In this document: positions 48,968-58,471 of the stretch, piece after piece
Position numbering within the stretch: position 1 is the first letter of the stretch
How the letters are laid out: every line of letters begins with the position of its first letter
Source: Clostridia bacterium
Lineage (GTDB): Bacteria; Bacillota; Clostridia; TANB77; CAG-508
DNA length: 64,000 nucleotides
Direction of reading: 5' to 3'
Assembly (NCBI GenBank): GCA_017510525.1
Contig: JAFWNC010000019.1
Coordinates: forward strand, 26,611 to 90,610
Made by a program: the position numbers and the translations under genes
Notes under the pieces: model-generated
Told to the model about the DNA's origin: nothing
Databases searched by the model: none
The model's input: only the letters and a program-made list of their open reading frames with translations

Positions 48968-49130
48968 ATTAGCGCCAGGACCTATTTTTAGGTTGACGAG
49001 GTCTAGGGTTATCGAAAGATTCGGCGGATTCCCTAGTGGCTTTGACTTGAGGTCATTATTATCAATTAAAAACTAGTAGTAATATTAGAACAGAGGTTGA
49101 TAAGTTTAAGTATTTAAAGTGAAGAGTTTA
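48968..49130 (+). ncRNA. glmS_ribozyme: glmS ribozyme (GlcN6P-responsive self-cleaving riboswitch)
   Basis: AGCGCCAGGACC...GGTTGACGAGG...GGGTTATCGAAAGATTCGGCGGATTCCC matches the conserved glmS ribozyme core. It lies upstream of glmS. Confidence 0.7.
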
Positions 49131-49133
49131 TTA

Positions 49134-49163
49134 TAGAGCATTAATAGCGCTCTGCTACGAATC
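49134..49163. repeat. REP-like element variant (agagcattaatagcgctct, then GCTACGAA) inside the glmS leader
   Basis: Seen directly. It lies between the glmS ribozyme and the glmS start codon. Confidence 0.6.
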
Positions 49164-49262
49164 AATAATATATATTTTTTTCGTAGAGGAAGAGTTATTC
49201 ATAGAGTGAAAAATTTTATATTGCACTTTCAATTCCATTATTTTTTAAGGGGGTTTTTTGCT

Positions 49263-51104
49263 ATGTGTGGAATTGTTGGTTACATAGGTACAAAAAAAGC
49301 AAGTCCGATTTTACTTTCGGGCTTAAGTAAGTTGGAATACAGAGGATATGATTCTGCTGGTATTTCAACAATTGAAAAAGATTTTTTATCTGTTATGAAA
49401 GATAAAGGAAGAGTTGAAAATTTATCTAAGATAAGAGGAATAGACAAATTAGAGGGAACAATTGGTATTGCTCATACAAGATGGGCTACTCATGGTAAGC
49501 CATCCAAAGAAAATTCTCATCCTCATCAAGATAATTCAAAAACTTTTAGTGTTGTTCATAATGGAATTATTGAGAATTATAATGAATTAAGAGAGTTTTT
49601 AACTAAAAATGGTTACACTTTTTATTCTCAAACTGATACAGAGGTTATTCCAAATTTAATTCATTATTATTATTCACAATATAAAAAAGATGATATGCAA
49701 AATTTTTTGAAAGCTGTTAGAAAAGCATGTTTAGATTTTAAAGGTAGTTTTGCGATTGAAGTTATATCAAAGCTTTATCCTGAAAATATGATTGTTGTAA
49801 GACAGGATAGTCCTTTAGTTATTGGAAATTGTGAAGATGAGAAATATTTATCTTCAGATATTCCAGCGATTCTTCCTTATACAAGAGATTTTTATCTTTT
49901 AAATGATTTAGAATTTGTAGTTTTGAGTAAAGATAAAATTGAGTTTTATGATAAAGATTTAAATAAAATTGAAAAAGAAATAAAAGAGATTGAGTGGGAT
50001 GCAGCAAGTTCAGAAAAAGATGGTTATGATGATTATATGCTTAAAGAGATTTATGAACAACCAGCCGCAATTAAAAATACTATTGATTCTAAGATTAGTT
50101 TAGATAATAAATGTGAATTTAATGAATTAAATTTTACAAAGAAATATTTACAAAGTTTAAATAAGATTTATATAGTAGCTTGTGGAACAGCTATGCATGC
50201 TGGATTAGCTGGAAAAAATACTTTAGAAAAACTTTGTAGAATACCTACTGAGGCTGATATTGCTTCAGAATTTAGATATAGAGATCCTATTATTGATAAT
50301 AAAACTTTATGTATTTTTATTTCACAATCTGGAGAAACTGCTGATACAATAGCTGCTCTAAAACTATCAAAAGAAAAGGGTGCAAAAACTCTTGCTATAA
50401 CAAATGTTGAAGGTAGTTCTATTACTAGAGAAGCAGATTTTTCAATATATACCCATGCTGGACCAGAAATAGCTGTTGCTTCAACTAAAGCTTATACATG
50501 TCAAGTTGTTTTAATGAACTGTTTAGCAATTTATTTTGCTGAAATTTTAGAGAGTTCAGATGATAAACTAATTAAAAGTTTGAAATCAGATATTTTAGAT
50601 TTGCCTAAAAAAATAAAAAAGGTTTTAGAGTGTGATGATGAAATAAAGAAATTTGCTAAAAAAATGTATAGAGAAAAAGATGCGTTCTTTATCGGGAGAG
50701 GTGTAGACGAAACAGCTGCTAGAGAAGGCTCTTTAAAGCTTAAAGAGATTTCATATATACATGCTGAAAGTTATGCAGCAGGTGAACTTAAACATGGCCC
50801 AATTGCGTTAATTGAAAAGGGTGTAACAGTTATAGGGATAATGACTGATGAAGAATTGGTTAAAAAGACAATTAGCAATATTCAAGAGGTTATTACTCGT
50901 GGAGCTAAAACACTAATTATTACAAATCAAAAAATAGATGATAAGGGGTTTGATAAGGTAATTGAAATACCTAAAACAAATAGTTTTATTTCACCAGTTT
51001 TATCTATTATTCCATTACAATTACTTTCATATTATATTTCTAAATATAAGGGGTTAGATGTAGATAAGCCAAGAAATTTAGCGAAATCTGTTACTGTTGA
51101 ATAA
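49263..51104 (+). CDS. glmS: Glutamine--fructose-6-phosphate aminotransferase
   Basis: The N-terminus is MCGIVGY. Two SIS domains are present. The C-terminus is ...KPRNLAKSVTVE. RBS aaggggg precedes it. Confidence 0.9.
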   Translation: MCGIVGYIGTKKASPILLSGLSKLEYRGYDSAGISTIEKDFLSVMKDKGRVENLSKIRGIDKLEGTIGIAHTRWATHGKPSKENSHPHQDNSKTFSVVHNGIIENYNELREFLTKNGYTFYSQTDTEVIPNLIHYYYSQYKKDDMQNFLKAVRKACLDFKGSFAIEVISKLYPENMIVVRQDSPLVIGNCEDEKYLSSDIPAILPYTRDFYLLNDLEFVVLSKDKIEFYDKDLNKIEKEIKEIEWDAASSEKDGYDDYMLKEIYEQPAAIKNTIDSKISLDNKCEFNELNFTKKYLQSLNKIYIVACGTAMHAGLAGKNTLEKLCRIPTEADIASEFRYRDPIIDNKTLCIFISQSGETADTIAALKLSKEKGAKTLAITNVEGSSITREADFSIYTHAGPEIAVASTKAYTCQVVLMNCLAIYFAEILESSDDKLIKSLKSDILDLPKKIKKVLECDDEIKKFAKKMYREKDAFFIGRGVDETAAREGSLKLKEISYIHAESYAAGELKHGPIALIEKGVTVIGIMTDEELVKKTISNIQEVITRGAKTLIITNQKIDDKGFDKVIEIPKTNSFISPVLSIIPLQLLSYYISKYKGLDVDKPRNLAKSVTVE

Positions 51105-51119
51105 AAGGAGGGAAAATAA

Positions 51120-52451
51120 ATGATAGAAGAAGTAAACGAATTATTTAAATCAAAGAGTTTTAATAAATTACATGATTATTTAGAAGAGTTAAATAGTGCT
51201 GATATTCCGTTATTATTTGATAATTTGGAAGAAGATGAATGTTTAGTCGTCTATCGTTTATTATCTAAAACAAAGGCTGCTGAAGTTTTCACTTATATGG
51301 AATCTGACATGCAAGAAAAACTTATAAATGCACTTACTGATAAAGAATTAAAAGCAGTAATTGATGAGTTATTTATGGATGATACAGTTGACTTGATTGA
51401 GGAAATGCCTTCAAATGTTGTTAAACGTATTTTAAAAACAGTAAATGTTAAAGATAGAAAAGTTATTAATGAACTTTTGAATTATCCTGAAGATAGTGCT
51501 GGAAGTATTATGACTACTGAGTTTGTTGACTTAAAAGAAAAAATGACAGTGGAACAAGCAATTGAGAAAATTAAGAAAATAGGTGATGATAAAGAGAGTA
51601 TCTATACTTGTTATGTTTTGGATGATACAAGGGAATTAGTTGGTGTTGTTTCATTAAGAGATATTATTTTATCTAAACCTGGGACAAGTTTGAAAGAATT
51701 GATTGTTCAAAATCCGGTTACTGCAACAACTTTAGAAGATCAAGAAGATGTTGCTAAAAAGTTTGAAAAATATGATGTTACAGCGATTCCAGTTGTTGAT
51801 AAAGAAAATAGATTAGTCGGTATAATTACAATTGATGACGCAATTGATGTTTTACAAGAAGAGGTAAAAGAAGACTTCTCAAAAATGGCTGCTTTAACGC
51901 CAGCTGAAGATTCTTATTTTAGAACATCAGTATTTGCTCATGCCAAAAATAGAATTTTATGGCTTTTATTATTAATGTTATCTTCAATGATAACTGGAAC
52001 AATAATTACAAATTATGAAAATGCTTTTGCTTCTGTTCCAATATTAGTTGCATTTATACCAATGCTTATGGATACTGGTGGAAACTGTGGATCACAGACC
52101 TCAACATTAATAATTAGAGGTTTAGCTAAAGATGAAATTAGAATTAAGGACTTTTTGAGAGCATGGTGGAAAGAGGCTAGGGTAGCTATTTTAGTTGGTT
52201 TTGGCCTAGTAGTTGCAAATACTATAAGAATTATGATACAATATAATAACTTAGAGCTTGCAACAGTTGTTGGAATAACATTAATGGGAGTTGTTTTCTT
52301 ATCAAAATCTCTTGGTTGTATTTTACCAATTGCTGCTAAGAAAATAAAATTAGATCCAGCAATTATGGCAGCTCCAATAATTTCAACAATTGTTGATACA
52401 TGTGCAGTTTTATTATTCTTTAATGTTGCATTATTAATAATGGACATCTAA
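51120..52451 (+). CDS. mgtE: Magnesium transporter MgtE
   Basis: The MgtE N-domain and tandem CBS domains are followed by a C-terminal five-TM domain with ...MDTGGNCGSQ... Confidence 0.85.
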   Translation: MIEEVNELFKSKSFNKLHDYLEELNSADIPLLFDNLEEDECLVVYRLLSKTKAAEVFTYMESDMQEKLINALTDKELKAVIDELFMDDTVDLIEEMPSNVVKRILKTVNVKDRKVINELLNYPEDSAGSIMTTEFVDLKEKMTVEQAIEKIKKIGDDKESIYTCYVLDDTRELVGVVSLRDIILSKPGTSLKELIVQNPVTATTLEDQEDVAKKFEKYDVTAIPVVDKENRLVGIITIDDAIDVLQEEVKEDFSKMAALTPAEDSYFRTSVFAHAKNRILWLLLLMLSSMITGTIITNYENAFASVPILVAFIPMLMDTGGNCGSQTSTLIIRGLAKDEIRIKDFLRAWWKEARVAILVGFGLVVANTIRIMIQYNNLELATVVGITLMGVVFLSKSLGCILPIAAKKIKLDPAIMAAPIISTIVDTCAVLLFFNVALLIMDI

Positions 52452-52499
52452 AAATACAAAAGAGTATATAATTAATTATAATAATAGGAGGAATAAAAA

Positions 52500-52955
52500 A
52501 TGGGAATTTTAAAGGAATTCAAAGAATTTGCAATGAAAGGAAATGTAATTGATTTAGCTGTTGGTGTTGTTATTGGTGGTGCTTTTCAAGCTATAGTAAC
52601 ATCTTTAGTTAATGATGTAATTATGCCAGTTGTTGCTGGTGTAACTGGTGGAGTTGATTATAATACTTGGGTATGTAAAATTGGAGATATAGAATTAAAA
52701 ACAGGTTCATTATTAACAGCTGTAATCAATTTCTTAATTGTTGCTTTTGTAATCTTTATGGCTATTAAGGCAATCAATTCATTTAATAGAAAATTAGAGG
52801 ATGCTGCTAAACTTGTTAGAGGAGATAAAGAAGAAAAAGAAGATGATAAGGAGCCTGAAACAAAGATGTGTCCTTATTGTTTAACAGAAGTTAAATATCG
52901 TGCTGTAAGATGTCCTCATTGTACTTCTGAATTAAAAGACGAAGTAAAAGCATAA
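52500..52955 (+). CDS. mscL: Large-conductance mechanosensitive channel MscL with a C-terminal CxxC...CxxC zinc-ribbon extension
   Basis: FKEFAMKGNVIDLAVGVVIGGAF is the MscL TM1 signature. The C-terminal extension reads MCPYCLTEVKYRAVRCPHCTSEL. Confidence 0.8.
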   Translation: MGILKEFKEFAMKGNVIDLAVGVVIGGAFQAIVTSLVNDVIMPVVAGVTGGVDYNTWVCKIGDIELKTGSLLTAVINFLIVAFVIFMAIKAINSFNRKLEDAAKLVRGDKEEKEDDKEPETKMCPYCLTEVKYRAVRCPHCTSELKDEVKA

Positions 52956-52997
52956 TATTTTTTAAAATTTTGTTCATAATAGTTTTAGGTGATTATT

Positions 52998-53141
52998 ATG
53001 AAAGAAAAAGATGAATTTGAAAAAGAAGATGCTACAGAGTATGGAGAATTTGTTCCTTCTTTTGATCATTGGGTTACTCCTGATGAACAAAAGAAGATTG
53101 CAAAGAAGTTAGAAAATATTACAAAAAAGCCGAAGAAATAG
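52998..53141 (+). CDS. Small acidic hypothetical protein (47 aa)
   Basis: RBS taggtgatt precedes it. A terminator overlaps the stop codon. Confidence 0.3.
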   Translation: MKEKDEFEKEDATEYGEFVPSFDHWVTPDEQKKIAKKLENITKKPKK

Positions 53142-53163
53142 AGTTTATTTCTTCGGCTTTTTA
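53127..53163 (+). terminator. Rho-independent terminator
   Basis: aagccgaagaaata...tatttcttcggctt forms a hairpin and is followed by ttt. Confidence 0.55.
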
Positions 53164-53187
53164 AAATATGAAAAAATTGATTTTTAT

Positions 53188-53290
53188 GGAGCACTGTAGT
53201 GCTCCGCTACGAAATAATAAAGGATGTGAAAAAAGTGTAGGGGCGACCATTGGTCGTCCGTGGGCGGGGGTGGAACCTAAGCCCCTACAT
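53188..53290. repeat. Cluster of three REP units in alternating orientation (B hairpin then CTAC; GTAG then inverted A hairpin; C hairpin then CTAC)
   Basis: ggagcactgtagtgctccGCTACgaa, then GTAGgggcgaccattggtcgtcc, then gtgggcgggggtggaacctaagcccCTACa. Confidence 0.75.
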
Positions 53291-53344
53291 TGATTGTATA
53301 AAATTTATATTTCTGTAAAAAATGGTTATAAAAGTGAGGTTTTT

Positions 53345-55750
53345 ATGGATTATAAGTTTACAGAGAGTAGTAAAAATGTTATTGAAATTGCTGAAGAGAT
53401 TGCTAAAGAGTTTGGTCATACATATATTGGGACTGAACATATTTTATTTGGGTTAGTTGATGAGGAAGATAGTATAGCTGGAAAGGCTCTAAAAAATAGT
53501 GGTATAGGTGTTGATGACATTGGAGAAGAAATTGAAAATTTAATTGGGAGAGAAGACGATGAAGAAATAGCAATTATAGGATTTACTCCGAAATCTAAAA
53601 GGGTTTTAGAAAATGCATTTTTAGAGGCTAAGAAAATATCGTCTGATTATATTGGAACAGAGCATTTATTAATTGGAATAATCAATGAATGTGATTGTTT
53701 GGCAAATAAAATTCTTTGTAATTTAGGTGTTGATTTTAATAAGCTATATCGCGATATTGGAGATATTATTGAAGGATTTTCTAATGAAAGAAAAGAAAAA
53801 AATCAAAATAATAGTTTTGAAAAAACACCTACTTTAAATCAATATAGTATTGATTTAAGTAAAGTTGCTGAAGAAGGAAAACTTGATCCTGTTATAGGAA
53901 GAGATAAAGAAACTGAAAGAATTGTTGAAATACTATCTAGGAGAACTAAAAATAATCCTTGTTTAATTGGTGAAGCAGGAGTAGGAAAAACTGCAATTGT
54001 TGAGGGATTAGCTCAAAGAATTGTTTTAGAAAAAGTTCCTGATAATTTAAAAAATAAAAGAATTGTTAGTTTAGATATTTCTCAATTAATTGCTGGAAGT
54101 AAGTATAGGGGAGATTTTGAGGATAGAATAAAAAAGTGCATTTCTGAGGTAAAAAAAGCCGGAGACATTATTCTCTTTATAGATGAAATTCATATTATTG
54201 TTGGAGCTGGTGCGGCTGAAGGTGCAATTGATGCAGCTAATATTTTGAAACCACTACTTGCTAGAGGAGAGATTCAATTAATAGGAAGTACAACAATTGA
54301 TGAATATAGAAAATATATTGAAAAAGATAATGCATTAGAGAGAAGATTTCAATCTATAAATGTTGATGAACCATCTGAGGAAGATTCAATAGAAATTTTA
54401 AAAGGGGTAAGGGATAAATATGAAGCACATCATAATGTAAAAATAACTGATGAAGCTATTGAAACAGCTGTAAAAATGTCTGTTAAGTATCTGAATAATA
54501 GGTTTTTACCTGATAAAGCTATTGATTTGATTGATGAAGCTTCTGCAAAACTTAAATTAAATTCAGATAATGAGCCTGATAAAATAAGAGATATTGAAAA
54601 GAAACTTGAGCAGATTAAAAGAGAAAAAGATGAGGCGGTTAAAACACAAAACTATGAGAAAGCTGCAGAATTAAGAGATGAAGAAACTGAATTAAATAAA
54701 ATATTAAAAAAAGAGACTGAAAGCTGGGATAATACAAATAATAAAAAGATGTTAAAACTGGGGAAAGAAGATATAGAAAATGTTATATCATTATGGACAG
54801 GAATACCTTTACAGAAAATTGGAAGTGAAGAAAATAATAAATTAATAAATTTAGAATATGATTTAAAGAAAAGAATTTTTGGTCAAGATGAAGCAATTGA
54901 GGCTATTTCAAAAGCTATTAAAAGAGGTAGAGTTGGGCTTAAAGATTCAAATAGACCTATAGGTTCATTCTTATTTTTAGGTCCAACAGGTGTCGGAAAA
55001 ACGGAATTATCAAAGGCTATAAGTGAGGAAGTTTTTGGAAAAGAAGATTCAATAATACGATTTGATATGTCTGAATTTATGGAACAACATTCTATATCTA
55101 AATTAATAGGCGCTCCTCCAGGATATATTGGATATGATGTTGGAAATACTCTTACAGAAAAGGTAAAAAGAAAGCCTTATTGTTTAATATTATTTGATGA
55201 AATTGAAAAGGCTCATATTGATGTTCTTAATATTCTTCTTCAGATTTTAGAGGATGGAAGATTAACAGATTCTTCAGGAAGAGTAAGTAGTTTTAAAAAT
55301 TGTATCATTATAATGACTTCAAATATTGGAGCAGATTTAATAAGCAAGAAAAAACTTCTTGGGTTTAATAATGGAGATAATGAAAGCAATGAGAAAAAAG
55401 AGGTATTAAGTAAATTAAAAGAAGAATTTAGACCAGAGTTTTTAAACAGAATTGATGAGATTGTTATTTTTAATAAATTAGGAAAAGATGAGCTTAAGAG
55501 TATTATTGAGAGATTTTTTAAATTGCTAAGTAATAGATTAAGCGAAAAGAAAATAAATTTACTTGTTGAAGATGAAGTTAAGGATTTTATTTTAAATTCT
55601 TGTAATGACGAGAAAATGGGAGCAAGACCAATAAGAAGATTGATACAGAGGTTAATTGAAGATAAGATTGCTGATGTTCTATTAAGTGGAAATATTCAAG
55701 AAAATGGGACAATTGTTGTCAAGATTAAAAACGGGAAAATTGAAATTTGA
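53345..55750 (+). CDS. clpC: ATP-dependent Clp protease ATP-binding subunit, ClpC-like
   Basis: Two Clp_N repeats: ...GHTYIGTEHILFGLV and ...DYIGTEHLLIGI. AAA1 Walker A is GEAGVGKT. A UVR-like helix follows. AAA2 Walker A is GPTGVGKT. Length is 802 aa from the ATG at 53345. Confidence 0.75.
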   Translation: MDYKFTESSKNVIEIAEEIAKEFGHTYIGTEHILFGLVDEEDSIAGKALKNSGIGVDDIGEEIENLIGREDDEEIAIIGFTPKSKRVLENAFLEAKKISSDYIGTEHLLIGIINECDCLANKILCNLGVDFNKLYRDIGDIIEGFSNERKEKNQNNSFEKTPTLNQYSIDLSKVAEEGKLDPVIGRDKETERIVEILSRRTKNNPCLIGEAGVGKTAIVEGLAQRIVLEKVPDNLKNKRIVSLDISQLIAGSKYRGDFEDRIKKCISEVKKAGDIILFIDEIHIIVGAGAAEGAIDAANILKPLLARGEIQLIGSTTIDEYRKYIEKDNALERRFQSINVDEPSEEDSIEILKGVRDKYEAHHNVKITDEAIETAVKMSVKYLNNRFLPDKAIDLIDEASAKLKLNSDNEPDKIRDIEKKLEQIKREKDEAVKTQNYEKAAELRDEETELNKILKKETESWDNTNNKKMLKLGKEDIENVISLWTGIPLQKIGSEENNKLINLEYDLKKRIFGQDEAIEAISKAIKRGRVGLKDSNRPIGSFLFLGPTGVGKTELSKAISEEVFGKEDSIIRFDMSEFMEQHSISKLIGAPPGYIGYDVGNTLTEKVKRKPYCLILFDEIEKAHIDVLNILLQILEDGRLTDSSGRVSSFKNCIIIMTSNIGADLISKKKLLGFNNGDNESNEKKEVLSKLKEEFRPEFLNRIDEIVIFNKLGKDELKSIIERFFKLLSNRLSEKKINLLVEDEVKDFILNSCNDEKMGARPIRRLIQRLIEDKIADVLLSGNIQENGTIVVKIKNGKIEI

Positions 55751-55839
55751 CATTTTTATTTCCAAATTATTGCCAGAATTTTTTTTATATGTTATACTAA
55801 AATTGTAGTATTAAATGGGGTAATAAGGAGTAATTATAG

Positions 55840-56175
55840 ATGTCTTTTATACTGATGATAATTATCATGCTTGTGCTTATGGTTCTATTCCTTGTTGGTT
55901 TTGCTGTTATGCAGATTAAGGCTGCTGGTATGAATGTAAAAGATTTTTGGTCTTTTATTAAAGCAAATGAAACATTGGATAAATTATATGCATTTTCAAA
56001 AAAGTATGAAAAGTTAAGTACAAATGAGCAATTAATATTTTTAAAAGAAGCTGAGAAAGTTTTTGATGCTTTTGATAAGGTCCCTAGTGCAATTTGGGAA
56101 GAGGAGTATCAGAAATATATGGAAGTTTTGTCTACTTATAAGGATATAAAAATAGTTAGATGGGAGTCGAATTAG
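55840..56175 (+). CDS. Small membrane protein (111 aa)
   Basis: RBS aaggag precedes it. There is an N-terminal TM helix. A terminator follows (aataaccgaaacggttatt then ttttttt). Confidence 0.45.
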   Translation: MSFILMIIIMLVLMVLFLVGFAVMQIKAAGMNVKDFWSFIKANETLDKLYAFSKKYEKLSTNEQLIFLKEAEKVFDAFDKVPSAIWEEEYQKYMEVLSTYKDIKIVRWESN

Positions 56176-56234
56176 AAATGAATAACCGAAACGGTTATTC
56201 ATTTTTTTATATTATAGGAAAGTTCGGGTTTTAT

Positions 56235-56273
56235 GGAGAACTAAAGTTCTCCATGTGGCGAAGCCACTTTTTT
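56235..56273. repeat. Family B REP plus a gtggcgaagccac-T6 hairpin (the same composite as at 19651..19690)
   Basis: Seen directly. Confidence 0.7.
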
Positions 56274-56361
56274 ATAAAAAAATTCAAAAAAAGGTAGCAT
56301 ATTAAAATATAATATGATAGAATGACAAAAGAATAAAAGAATAGAATAGGAGTAGTAGAAT

Positions 56362-57057
56362 ATGTATAAAAGAGTTTTACTTAAGCTTAGTGGTGAGGCT
56401 TTTGCTGGTGAGCAGAAACTTGGAATTGATCCTGAAACTATTAATATGATTTGTAGACAAATTAAAGAGGTTAGAGAAAAAGGTGTACAAATCGGTATTG
56501 TTGTTGGAGGAGGTAATTTCTGGAGAGGAAAATATGCTCCACAAATGAAAAGAGTTGACGCAGATATGATGGGAATGCTTGCTACTGAATTAAATGGTTT
56601 AGCTTTAAAAGATAGCTTAGAAAAAATGGGCGTTCCAGCTGTTGTTCAATCAGCATTAGATATTCCTAAAGCTGTTGAGTTTTATAAAACAGAAGATACT
56701 AATAAATATTTAAAAGATGGAAAGGTTGTTATTTTTACAGGTGGAACTGGAAATCCATTTTTCTCAACTGATACAGGAGCTGCTATAAGAGCTGCTGAAA
56801 TTGAGGCTGATGTTATTTTAGTTGCGAAAACTATTGATGGTGTTTATTCAGCTGATCCTAAGTTGGATCCAAGTGCTGTTAAATATGATGAAATTTCGTA
56901 TATTGATGTTTTGACTAAAGAGCTTAAGGTTATGGATTTACCTGCAATTTCACTTTGCATGGAGAATTCTATTCAGCTTTCTGTTTTTAGTATGTATGAG
57001 GATGGAAATATTGTTAAGGCTGTAGAAGGAGAGAATATTGGAACGGTTGTAAGGTGA
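56362..57057 (+). CDS. pyrH: UMP kinase
   Basis: KRVLLKLSGEAF is the N-terminal motif. GGGNFWRG and ...GTGNPFFSTDT... follow. Confidence 0.9.
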   Translation: MYKRVLLKLSGEAFAGEQKLGIDPETINMICRQIKEVREKGVQIGIVVGGGNFWRGKYAPQMKRVDADMMGMLATELNGLALKDSLEKMGVPAVVQSALDIPKAVEFYKTEDTNKYLKDGKVVIFTGGTGNPFFSTDTGAAIRAAEIEADVILVAKTIDGVYSADPKLDPSAVKYDEISYIDVLTKELKVMDLPAISLCMENSIQLSVFSMYEDGNIVKAVEGENIGTVVR

Positions 57058-57074
57058 TTTGTGTTTATTACAAA

Positions 57075-57152
57075 TAGGGCGGGCATGGAACCCCGCCACT
57101 ACGGTATCGGGTAGGGCGATGGAGAACGGACGACCGATGGTCGCCCCTACAA
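57075..57152. repeat. Composite REP cluster (family C then CTACGGTATCGGGTAGGG, then family A ggacgaccgatggtcgcc then CTAC)
   Basis: Seen directly. Confidence 0.7.
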
Positions 57153-57195
57153 TGATTCAATTGAATATAGAAATTATAATAAAGGAGATTTGATT

Positions 57196-57744
57196 ATGGA
57201 ATTTAATGAATTAGAAGAGAGAATGGAGAAAACTATAAGTGTTTTACAAGAGAGTTTAGCTGAGATTAGAGCTGGAAGAGCAAATCCGGCTATATTAAAT
57301 AAAATAAGTGTTGATTATTATGGAGTTCCTACTCCTATTAATCAAGTTGCTGGAATTTCAGTTCCAGAGGCTAGATTAATTGTTATTCAACCTTGGGATG
57401 CTAGTATTTTAAAGGAAATTGAGAAAGCTATTTTAGCTTCAGATATTGGATTAAATCCTAATAATGATGGTAAAGTTATTCGTTTAGCTTTTCCAGAACT
57501 TACTGAAGAAAGAAGAAAAGAATTAGTAAAAGATATAAAGAAAATTGGAGAAGATTCTAAAATAAGCATTAGATCAATAAGAAGAGATGGAATTGATGAA
57601 GCAAAGTCAATGCAAAAAGAAAGCCTTATTACTGAAGATGATTTAAAAAGAGCTGAAGAACAAATTCAAAAATTAACAGATAAAAAGATAGAAGAAATTG
57701 ATTCAATCATTGATAAAAAAGAAAGTGAAATAATGTCAGTATAA
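57196..57744 (+). CDS. frr: Ribosome recycling factor
   Basis: ...LAEIRAGRANPAILNKISVDYYG..., ...IRSIRRD... RBS aaaggag precedes the ATG at 57196. Confidence 0.9.
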   Translation: MEFNELEERMEKTISVLQESLAEIRAGRANPAILNKISVDYYGVPTPINQVAGISVPEARLIVIQPWDASILKEIEKAILASDIGLNPNNDGKVIRLAFPELTEERRKELVKDIKKIGEDSKISIRSIRRDGIDEAKSMQKESLITEDDLKRAEEQIQKLTDKKIEEIDSIIDKKESEIMSV

Positions 57745-57754
57745 GGAGAAAAGA

Positions 57755-58462
57755 ATGAATAAACTAAATATACCAACTCATGTTGCTATTATCATGGATG
57801 GTAATAGAAGATGGGCTAGAGAGAATAAAATGGACTATAGATTAGGGCATAAAGAAGGTGCTAAAACTCTAGAAAAAATAGTAAGGTATGCAAAAAAAAT
57901 TGGTGTAAAGATAATTACTGTATATGCTTTTTCTACAGAAAACTGGAAAAGAAGCGAAGAAGAAGTTGGCGCTTTAATGATTTTACTTAAAAACTACTTA
58001 GATGATTATAGTAAAAGAGCTGATACAGAAAATATAAAAATTCGAGTATTAGGTGATATTACAGCTCTTTCAAAAGGCCTTCAAAAGAGTATTAATAAAT
58101 CTATTGAAAGAACAAAAAATAATGATGGAATAATTTTTAATATTGCTATTAATTATGGTGGAAGAGATGAAATTGTTCATTGTGTTAAAAAAATTGCTGA
58201 AAAAGTTAAAAATGGTGAAACTAATATTGATGACATAGATGAATTGATGATTTCTCAAAATCTTTATACTGAAAATCTTCCAGATCCTGATTTATTAATA
58301 AGAACAAGTGGTGAAATACGTTTAAGTAATTTTTTATTATGGCAAGTTGCTTATAGTGAATTTGTATTTTTAGAAAAATATTGGCCTGATTTTTCTGAAG
58401 AAGATTTAGACAAATGTATAGAAATATTTCAAAAGAGAAATAGAAAATTTGGTGCAAAATAG
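57755..58462 (+). CDS. uppS: Undecaprenyl-diphosphate synthase
   Basis: HVAIIMDGNRRWA and ...RTSGE.RLSNFLLWQ.AYSE... are the family motifs. Confidence 0.9.
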   Translation: MNKLNIPTHVAIIMDGNRRWARENKMDYRLGHKEGAKTLEKIVRYAKKIGVKIITVYAFSTENWKRSEEEVGALMILLKNYLDDYSKRADTENIKIRVLGDITALSKGLQKSINKSIERTKNNDGIIFNIAINYGGRDEIVHCVKKIAEKVKNGETNIDDIDELMISQNLYTENLPDPDLLIRTSGEIRLSNFLLWQVAYSEFVFLEKYWPDFSEEDLDKCIEIFQKRNRKFGAK

Positions 58463-58471
58463 GGGAAAAGT

